Positions 53,571 through 64,000 of a stretch of 64,000 nucleotides of DNA are shown piece by piece. Under the pieces are notes generated by a model. The model did not search any database. It was not told where the DNA came from and was given only the letters and a program-made list of their open reading frames with translations. The stretch comes from Octopus vulgaris. Lineage: Eukaryota. A program made the position numbers and the translations under genes. Location of the stretch: contig OX597825.1 of assembly GCA_951406725.2 (NCBI GenBank), forward strand, positions 8,928,001 through 8,992,000, in the 5' to 3' direction. The stretch's first letter is position 1. Every line of letters begins with the position of its first letter.

Positions 53571-54059
53571 TTTCATTTTCTCTTTATTGCGTTATTGTAT
53601 ACGGCTTTGTTGCTAGACACGGGCTTCATACTAAGCAATAAATTAAATATTTCAACCATAGACTAACTATGATTTGCGTTGTACTTTATTAAATCTATGC
53701 TTCGTATATTAAAGTCATCGATTTTTATATATGTACTATGTCTTGTTTTGATGCAGACTTATCATCGCTTGATATTTTCATTATCGTTCATATGTTTATT
53801 TATGAAGTGGAGATTTTCAAGTAAACGAAAAAAAAATTAATGTTGGGTACATTTTGTTATCCCACCAAAATGAACATAAATTAGGTTGCCACTCCACTAA
53901 AAAAATAAAGTTAATGCGGTGACAAGAGAATGGATTCAATATTTTTGATTCTATTCGTCAACACGTTGTTAACTTTTGCCCTCCTCAATAGGAATGGTAT
54001 ATGTCATAAAAATGTTATTTGATCCAGTAAGATGTTTATTTTTTTTCGGTTTTCAGATT

Positions 54060-54060
54060 G

Positions 54061-54146
<86 letters not shown>

Positions 54147-54226
54147 AAGACAGACAGACAGACACTCAGACGGATAGATAGATAGATGGATGCAAGTATA
54201 AATAGATAGATAGATAGATGGATAGA

Positions 54227-54264
<38 letters not shown>

Positions 54265-54310
54265 TATAGATAGATAGATACATACATGCATACATACATA
54301 CATGCATACA
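54060..54310. repeat. (GATA)n/(GACA)n/(CATA)n compound microsatellite
   Basis: Tetranucleotide runs. Confidence 0.95.
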
Positions 54311-54974
54311 TCCATATTTACATACATTAGTGTTAAATATATGGCATGTAACTATATATACATATATAAGCGTATACGTATAAATACGAATATATACGTG
54401 TACCGAAACATGCAATCATCAACATTTACGTGTATTTGTTTATAAGTATTTATTGTAAGTATTGCACCGATATATTTACATTTATCTCATATACATCTAT
54501 AATCTTAAATCTGTGATACAGGCAAAGAATTCTATACGGCTTTCCTTCTCGTTGGGAGTTGTTCTCTGACTAAAGCTGTATTACTTTTTAACGGTGGTAA
54601 GGTGAATGATTCTGTAATCAAAAAATTTAAAATATTACAAGTTTAATAAATGAAGCCATTATTTTTACATCAGTAATTATGGCTTGCCATCCTCTCAGAA
54701 TTATCTGCAAAATGACTAATGCCAGTTGTCGTTTAAACAACGATACCCGCCTACAAATTCCATAATAAAACAAAATTTAATGTAGGGAGAAAATCTAAAA
54801 ACTAGCGAGATTTTTGAGTCTTCAGTATTGCGTCTCGTTAAAGAGGAGACTTTACTATAAATGTACTAATGTGACTAAATATTATATTCATCATCAACTC
54901 AGGTTACACACCTGGTTTAAAAACAAAAAGACACCGTGATCTTTGAATGTTCATTTATGGATCGCTTATTTTTT

Positions 54975-55305
54975 ACATCTTTCAGTTTTGAGCCACATTG
55001 GGACACCACCTTGAGGCGCAGGAAAACAGCCCCAGTACTTATTTCTTAAGTGTGGTAATTAATATATATGCCTCGTCTTGCCGCATCGCTAAGTAAAGGG
55101 GGCGTAAACCATGCAACACCGGTTGTCAATCGGTTTGCAGGACCAACACACACCCACACATATATATATATATATATATAGTTTCCGTCTATCAAATCTT
55201 CTCACAAGACATTAGTCGGCTAGGAACAATAATAGAAGATACTTCCTCACGGTGCCGCGCAGTGAAAGGGAATCCAAGACTACGTAGTTAAGAATCAAAC
55301 GTCTT
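54975..55305 (-). mobile_element. SINE family A, old degenerate copy
   Basis: cccagtacttat..caccggttgtcaa..gtttccgtctatcaaat..ctcacaag..ggtgccgcgcagtg in the expected order. Confidence 0.75.
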
Positions 55306-55319
55306 AATTCAATGCGCCC

Positions 55320-55452
55320 GATCAAGAACTATTTTATCAATCCAAATAGCTGCAAAGCAAAGTGTACCTCGGTGGTATTTGAACTCTGAACGCAACGCTG
55401 GGATGCTGGCCACTATTTTGCCAGACGTGCCAATGATCATGCCAACTTGCCA
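55320..55452 (-). mobile_element. SINE family B, old degenerate copy
   Basis: gcaaagtgtacctcggtggtatttgaactctgaacg..tgccaacttgccacctt. Confidence 0.65.
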
Positions 55453-55511
55453 CCTTGTTCGTTTTCGCATATTATTCTTATTTTTGTGCATCTCTGTGCA
55501 TATATTTGTGT

Positions 55512-55545
<34 letters not shown>

Positions 55546-56076
55546 AAACACACACATACCCATAAATATACATTCAGTAGATACATGTGTGTACGTGTGT
55601 GTGTATATATGTGTGTGCTTTCTTATGTGCAGGTGTGTATAAATGCGGCTTCACATGTTTTTGCTGTACTTATTCCTGAATTTTGTTATAAAAGATAGCA
55701 TTTTTACGAATTTCTTTGTTTTACGAGACTTGTCATTAGAGGGAGATTCAGCTGTTATTTCTACATCTAAATACTCCCAAATAATTCTTTTAGAGCCTTA
55801 AAGATTTAAGCCTTTCACGATTGATTGTTAAGTACTATATATTTCATATAATTAGAAACGTATTTCACGGATCTTTTTCTGAAGACTGCATTTTGAAAAT
55901 ACCATGCTTTTATATTTGGCATCACGTGTTTTTCTTCTCCTCCATGTGTGTTCTTCATATTTTATACTTGCTAATGTGAGCTGTTCAGATATAGTCTGCA
56001 AAATTACGTTGTGGTTATTTTGAAATACATTCATCTTAAGACTTCCGTTGTATTTTGATTTTATTAGGAAATGTAT

Positions 56077-56510
56077 AGGAGCAGGAGTGGATGTGTGGTA
56101 AGTAGCTTCCTTACCGACCACATGGTTCCGGGTTCAGTCCCACTGCGTGGCATCTTGGGCAAGTGTCTTCTGCTATAGCCCCGGGCCGATCAATGCCTTG
56201 TGGGTGAATTTGGTAGACGGAAACTGAAAGAAGCCAGTCGTATATATGTATATGTATATATGTATATGTATATATGTGTGTGTGTGTACGTGTTTGTGTG
56301 TCTGTGTTTGTCCCATCCAACATTGTTTGACAACCGATGCTGGTGTGTTTATGTCTCCGTAACTTAGCGGTTTGGCAAAAGAGACCGATAGAATAAGTAC
56401 TGGGCTTACAAAGAATAAGTCCCGGGGTCGATTTGCTCGTCTAAAAGCAGTGCTCCAGCATGGCCACAGTCAAATGACTGAAACAAGTAAAAGAGTAAAA
56501 GAGTAAAGAG
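56077..56510 (+). mobile_element. SINE family A, full length
   Basis: tRNA-like head, cttgggcaag motif, internal TA/TG repeat, gtaaaaga tail repeats. Confidence 0.95.
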
Positions 56511-57462
56511 TATTGTACTTGTTTATACTTCTTGATACATGTTTCCTACGTCTGTTTTACAATATATTCTACAGACTCGAACAATAAATCTGTAGTACAT
56601 TGAACCGGTATACCAATACTTTTGTAGGCCAACGTCTCGGAGGTAGATAGCAGACTTTATTATACACGAAATGTTGTATGTGTTTTTCATGTTCTTATCT
56701 GTACCTTTCTATTGACTGCAACTTCCAGCTTGCAGCTTCGTATTTTCTATATAGATAATCTATATTTCTACAAACGAAAGTATCGTCCACGTTGTTATCA
56801 AAACGTGTCCAGCAGTTATCAAAATTCGAAAATGCTATTGAATGAAACTTCAAAGCAGTTTCATAGACCAAGACTCCAATGAACTTGCCAAATATTAAAT
56901 ATACTTGAGGCTTTCCAAACTAATTTTTTCAGGTATTTATTGCAGGTTTCCTTCTAATTTTAATTTCCAAATTTCAACCCTTTTTATTGACCAGATTCAG
57001 TTAACATTAATCATTAAACTCATGACGTTTTCTCATTAATATATGGTAATTTCAATTAACTCAGTATTCTTTGCTGACTACATGATGTACATTAGCATTC
57101 ACCCAGTCACTCTTAGATGCTCGACTAAAGTCTTTCAGCAGGGCGGAAATCTTTGAAACCTTCGTATAGAAAATATTGCAACACTGAAGGCAAATAGTAT
57201 TAGTAAACCATGCATACACACATGAAAAAAACGCATGCAATGTTTTCTGCCTTAATACAACACGCTATCGTTGATCTGTAACAGATTGGATAGTGGAGTT
57301 TTACGTTTTTATATCAACATTGTAACTACACCTATATTTCTTCTTTCTCTTATTCTTTATTTATCTAGAAATGCGGTCGAAATTATCGAATTATCCCTCC
57401 ATCAATATTTCTCGCTTATGCCAAACATTAAGTAATTTTATAGGTTGTTTATATTCTCTTTC

Positions 57463-57673
57463 TTTTTACTCTTTTGCTTGTTTCAGTCATTTGACTGCGG
57501 CCATGCTGGAGCACAACATTTAGTCGAGCAAATCGACCCCGGGACTTATTCTTTGTAAGCCCAGTACTTATTCTATCGGTCTCTTTTGCCAAACTGCTAC
57601 GTGATGGAGACGTAAACACACCAGCATCGGATGTTAAGCAATGCTAGGGGCACAAACACAGACACACAAACAT

Positions 57674-57724
<51 letters not shown>

Positions 57725-57881
57725 TACGATGGGCTTCTTTCAGTTTCCGTCTACCAAATCCATTCACAAGGCTTTGGTCGGCCCGAGGCTATAGTAGAAG
57801 ACACTTGCCCAAGATACCACGCAGTGGGACTGAACCCGCAACCATGTGGTTGGTAAGCAAGCTACTTACCACGCAGCCACA
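57463..57881 (-). mobile_element. SINE family A, full length
   Basis: Reverse-complement match to family A. Confidence 0.95.
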
Positions 57882-57937
57882 TTTACTTATTTATTCCATC
57901 GATGAAATAAGAATAGCAGTCAACCTTTTCTTCACAG

Positions 57938-57966
<29 letters not shown>

Positions 57967-57968
<2 letters not shown>

Positions 57969-58283
57969 CACTCAGTCGGTTACGACGACCAGGGTCCCAG
58001 CTGATACGATCAGCAGAACAGCTTGCTCGCTAAATTTACGTGCAAGGGGTTAAGCACTCCACAGACCCGTGTACACGTAACGAAGTTGTCAGGGAGATAC
58101 AGCTTCACACAGAGTGTGAGGAGGCTGGCCACTTGAAGATACAGGCACTACTCATTTTTGCCAGCTGATTCGACCAGAGGAACGTGAAATAAAGTATCTT
58201 GCTCAAGGACACAACACGTTGCCCGCCCGAACTCACAACCTTACGATCGGGACCCAAATACCTTCACCACTAAGCCACACACC
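57967..58283 (-). mobile_element. SINE family C (tRNA-derived, CORE-like)
   Basis: Minus strand: A box TGGCTTAGTGG, B-box-like GAGTTCG, then gtgtccttgagcaagatacttta resembling the CORE-SINE block. Confidence 0.75.
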
Positions 58284-58792
58284 CTCACACACACATATAT
58301 ATAATGTTCTCTTAAGTTTAGAAAAGTTTCTTATTTTGAATTGTCAACCGATTGACTTTCGTAAATGATGAGTGATGAAATTACAATTTCCCTTTGAAGG
58401 TCTGCAGATTCAAATTCGTGATGCAATCGTTTACGTAACTGTAGCTGCACTTGTATTCGCAAAGCGAAACCCACATAGGGATAATATGATTTGCGATTGT
58501 ATAATAAAATGGAAAATATAATTGCCCGTTTTGTTCTCCTCTCGGATATACTCTCTGCAAATTATTCTATTGTACATCATAACGGAAATCGGTGAACAAA
58601 TTATATTTAACACCTGTTTCCAATATGGATATACATGGATCTTCATGGATTTTCACGGATTTCTAAGTTCAAATATTGGTTGATCATTATTCTCTTTCCT
58701 TCCAAACGCAATTCTCAAATATACACATACTTACACACATTCACACACTCGTACATACACACTCATACGTATACAGACATATATGCATACAT

Positions 58793-58869
<77 letters not shown>

Positions 58870-58944
58870 TATATATATATATATACATGTAAAAGCATAT
58901 ACATATTGGTGCATATATTTATGTATATTTAAATATATATATAT

Positions 58945-58975
<31 letters not shown>

Positions 58976-61900
58976 TATGTGTGTCTGTATTATGAATATG
59001 TATATATATGTATATATATATATATACATATATAGATATACTTACATGTATATAACACCACACACATATACATGCATATATATAAACTCAGACACGCACA
59101 CACACTCATACATGTATTCTCGGAATAACTGTTATATCTAATTCCGATAATAATACTGTCGAATCAATTTCTGGTTGCAGGTGATGTGTTAGAATTTATA
59201 ATTTATGCTAATAAATATATAAATATTAGATACAATGACTTATTTAAAATTTAGTGAGCGTTATTTGCAAAAGTCTCTACAATATATACTCCGGGGAAAA
59301 TGTTCGTCCTCGTATACATTGCTAGATCGTTGAATTGCGAATCATAATAGCCCAATTACCCACCTTATCCATCTGTTCAAAAATAAACCACCATGAACTG
59401 AGAGGTAAGTTATAGTTTCAATAGAATTTCCTTTTGGAAAGTCTATGAGAATCATTCTATTATATTGAGTGTGAATACGGTTTTGTTATTTGTTATTATT
59501 AGTATAGCAAGTGATTTTAAAGTTTAGTGAGATAAATATTCGTGGTACAAATAACATTAGACGACTGATTAATGATTCGGCAGAGAAATTCTTATTTTCA
59601 GTATTCAGAGAAAATTTCGGATAATCATAGCGTTGGGTAAATGTAAATTGAACAGCTGAAAGGATTCGAATATTATCTAATATTAGCAATGCAATTAAAC
59701 TAATCAACGGAGTACCGAACTACCAAATGAAGCGACACTCGTGCTCAAAGGCCTGTGGCGCTATAACTTGCGTATGACAAATGTTGGTAACGCTCCAACA
59801 GGCTAATCAGTAAATAAGTCTCTATGCAATGAAATTCAATAAATCTAAGCATTGAGTTCACTGCAAACACTGAGAGTGTCTTGGCTGAAAACAACAACAA
59901 ACTCAGTTTTTATTGAACATGATATAGATGAAGTTAAATCTGATATATAGAGGTTCTAAGAAATACCTGGACGATCGATACGTTTTTATTATCTATAAAC
60001 GCATGATACCTTTCCCAAAGAGATTAACACAGGATTATAAGGGTGTTAATGTGCATAACATGAAATATTATCAAATGAAATTGTATAAGATATATTAATG
60101 TCAAATACTATTTCACTTTAATTATTGAATAATATATTAAGCAAATACAAGTCTTAAGTCAATCCATCAGCACTCACCCTACGAACATACTTCCATCCCA
60201 CCCTCCGCTAACATCAGCATTATACATCTATTTCCCAGACGTACATTCAAGAAAATTAATTATCATCTCACATAGCTACATCTATGCCAGAAGAACAAAT
60301 TACTAGAGACTGTATTTAGCAGAAATGAAACCAAATATGTCACAGCCAAATGTAGGTTAGAAGGCTAAAGCTTAGGAGGTTCGCTTCTTGCAAATATGTA
60401 ATATATAAATGTACAAAAAGTATTGAGAGATTCATCTGCTTTATACTTTAAATTTGTCATAAATCGACACACATATTTATATATAACTTACAGAAGTATT
60501 AAGTTGGTAAATGACAGTAAGACGAATTAGTGACGACATAATTACTTCAAAACATGCTTTTGTTGTCGTAAACAGGGTGCAAATAGTTTCGAATTGATAT
60601 TTATCAAAATTGGTAGTTAGGAGGCAGTTGGTAAGTATTTGCTTCTTATCACCTAACCACAATCTGTATCTTCTGCCACTGTACTAGTATTTTTCTCCAT
60701 TATATATTACTTGCTTTATTCTCGATAACATTGTGACGTTCTTAGTTAATAAAAACGATGCGTTTCATGCCTATTTCGGTCTCTTTAGTTGGAATATTGG
60801 TTATGTTTCTCTTTCGTCATTATCTCTGACCTTTAAACTCGTAACTTCATTTCAGCTAATGAGCTGACCTACCCAAATTTTGATATTTAACTAACAAACA
60901 TTAATAAATATATAAATTTCTATATTTTGAATGGCACTGATTATTGCCTAAAATAATTTCATTAGTCTAGTATATACATCTTTTTGTTTCTTTCAATTCC
61001 GTTTCCCTGTCAATGTGGCGAGCATATTTTCTATTTGAGTTATTGTATTGTTTTCATATAAGATCTTATTGGTCATGAATTCTGGAACTTTGCATATGGT
61101 TATCACTGTATATTAACTATTTCGCTTTCTTTTCCCTTTCAAATCCTCTGAAATTTCGCAAAAACTTTTGCCTTTCACTGTTTTTGTTTTTATCAAGTTA
61201 GTTTCCTAAAATTATACTTAGCACGATTTCCATTAATTAAGGCTAATATTCTGTTAATTCTGCAGTAATTAATTAGAGAACTTTAATGAAGAAGAATTAA
61301 GCAAATAAATAACCCTTCGAAAATATTAACTGTTTCATTCATCTTTGTACTAAACAATATAAAACTGCAAAAGGTTTTTTAGGATAACTTCGGGAAGATG
61401 TCTCGAAATATGTTTTGCGAGGTAGCTAAGTTTAATGTCATCTTTAGAATGGAAACGCCTTTAACTATTCTAAAATTTGTAACCCCAATCTGTTGTTCAC
61501 CCTCTTTATTGTAGAATTTAACTTGAAACGTCACGTGTTGATGATAAGTTGATTATTAAACATATTAATGTTCGCTTGTTCATTTGATAAACCCGATGAG
61601 TGGAGAGTTATGAAATATATTACATAAAATTATGGCTGCTGTTCATTATCTTATGTGCGTTGTGTATATTGGATGTCTGTCTGTACGATGTTTGCATGAC
61701 AAGAAAGGTTCTTAACGAAACAAATGTAGGAGAGAGTGCTGAAAAATTCTAGGCTCTAAGAGTATCACGAATAACCTGGTGGGAGACCCAACCTACCGAG
61801 TTCTTTTATAGGGCTTAGAAAGCCTGAAGGACCGTTGTAATAGTTGCATGGATTTCATATGGGAATATGCCGAATAAAAACAATCTGATCCTCATGTATT

Positions 61901-63353
61901 TTCTTTTACGGAAAGCAAGGAAGTTTCCAGCGTCCATTTGTGCATGTACCAGATAACCCATTCACATCTTATTGTTATGTATGTATATCAGAGTGAGGTG
62001 CTGTAAAAATGATTTGCTATAATTGCTATTCAATAATACAAGGCTACCTTCGTATTTAGCACAAATTATAGGCTGTTATAACTAAGTATAGTTTTCATGC
62101 GTAAATTTAATATTGAAAATGATAACAACATCATGAAAGCATCTGACGTCATCACTTTCATTAAATCTGTGAAATCATTTCATAGTTCTAAGCTGTCAAT
62201 ACCAAAATGCAAGGCAAACGTTGTTGAGTTTGACATAACGGATAATTAATCAAACATTTTTGAAGAGTTATTGGCTCAGGAACTAGATTTCATTAGAACA
62301 TTCCATGATATATGCGATAAGAGCATAATAGTAATTAAGCTCACCAAGAGTGTCGCTGATAATTGCTTGGCCTTCATCAGACGATCCAGTCCAATTAAAG
62401 CCTCTTCTGACATGGGAATAAGTAAATTCGAAAGTGTCGAGATATGCGACTCAGCGCGTATATTAATTGGACGTCCTGCATCATACGTTTCTTTCAACCG
62501 TGTTTCCTTTGTTCAAGGATAGTACATGAGCTACATTTAGGTTTGCCAAACGATAGTCCTAGATATATTGAGGAATGATATTAAATAACTTTCCTTAATA
62601 GAAGTAAACCTAATGCGTGTTAACTTCTGCAACTTGCCAATCTATTGAATTATTAGCACCTACTAAAACTTTGCCTTAGCGTATTGAGAAACTCGCTTAT
62701 ATTAACACTGTGACATGACACCTGGATTCAGAAATTAAAATCCTAGATATGAGAGTGAGCATAACGTTTTCCAGATTGATGTCTACGAAGGAAAAATTCG
62801 ATAGACTACCCACCATCATAAAAAGCAGGACATTCGAGGTACATGTTTCAAAGACGACTTTTCATAAAAACTCATGTGCCCACCAAGAAGCAACAATACT
62901 CAATGTTGAGGCAAGCTTGATGTTGTACATAAGTTAATTGATAAATATTTTCCTTCTCACACATTCACATGTATGAGAAGGAAAATGTTACTATACACGC
63001 GTTATATACACATATCAATATACACGCGCTCAAAATCAATCAATGTTAACAGAAAACAGAATACAGCTTGTCAACGCAATAGATATACAAGAATTTTAAA
63101 AACAAAACAAACACTTTAGATGCCCCCAATATTCTTCTTAACACCTCCCACAAAAACACACAGGTGTACAGTACTATCCACCAGAACATTCTCCTTCTGA
63201 GATAAGACCATAGAATGAAACAAGCACTCAAAATACACAAAGTAATTAAAAGCAAGCGACAATCGAAATCCCTCCAGAAACTGCTCACTATTTCTAAAAA
63301 TTGTGGCTGCCCTAACTGCCGGAACTGGGTCAACATGATTGAAGAAAATAAAT

Positions 63354-63445
63354 ATAAATTTTAATATAAATTTACTATAAAAAGTTATATAAATTTAAAC
63401 ATAAATTTACTATAAAAAGTTACATAAATTTAAATATAAATTTTT
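63354..63445. repeat. ~35 bp AT-rich minisatellite, about 2.6 copies
   Basis: ataaatttactataaaaagttaYataaatttaaa repeated. Confidence 0.8.
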
Positions 63446-64000
63446 CCTTTAATTAAACAGGGCTACATTTATAAACACTATTTCTTGTATATCTTCATAC
63501 CCACCCCCGTTATCTTTGATAATTTTTATTATTACTAGACTAACATTCTGGCATCATTTACTTCCGTCTCTTTGTTGATTTATTCTTCAATTCATCTTAT
63601 TTTTAATTTTTCCTTGAATTGTTTCTTTCTCTTCTCCATTTGTGATCTCAGCCTTTCTATTATTGATCTTGTGCTATTATTATTTTTATTTATGTACATG
63701 TCCTTTTACTCCCTATGAGATATTTTCAAGTTTACGTTCTTCAATCATAGCACCGTTTTGTATCTAATCTTAAAAATATTCTTTATCCTAATTTATTGGC
63801 TTCGGTGATCATTTAAATTTATTTTTAGCTGAGTTGAAAAGCCAACTACATGTACTCTACGTAGCACTCTTTGCGTTTTTATACATTTGCTTATTTCTTC
63901 ACTGTCCACTGGGTCAGCTTAAGTGTAAATACCGAACTGCCTTTCATTAGCCTATCATCCTTCACCTTAGATGTTTATGTGTCTGTTATCCTTATCTTTG

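Noticed and set aside
53319-53666. Recurrent RRASFSFRLPNPLTRLWSARG ORFs (also at 18965 and 57631)
   Set aside because: Antisense translation of SINE family A, not a gene family.

Overview
AT-rich, microsatellite-dense metazoan intergenic/intronic DNA; the SINE repertoire resembles what I recall of octopus genomes (inference, not a database hit). I recognise no intact host protein-coding gene, and nearly all listed ORFs are microsatellite or SINE artefacts. The window holds three tRNA-derived SINE families in many copies, decayed retrotransposons (Penelope-like RT, R4/Dong-like RLE LINE, RTE 3' end), an internally inverted mariner remnant and a non-autonomous Helitron. The most notable structure is a set of short (0.2-0.6 kb) non-coding elements lodged in (TA)n tracts that carry type I hammerhead ribozymes: two with intact cores (8959-9019 +, 36079-36153 -), one covarying sister copy and several degenerate ones. 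They show terminal redundancy, circular permutation and inverted arms, as expected for Penelope-mobilised retrozyme/pLTR elements.
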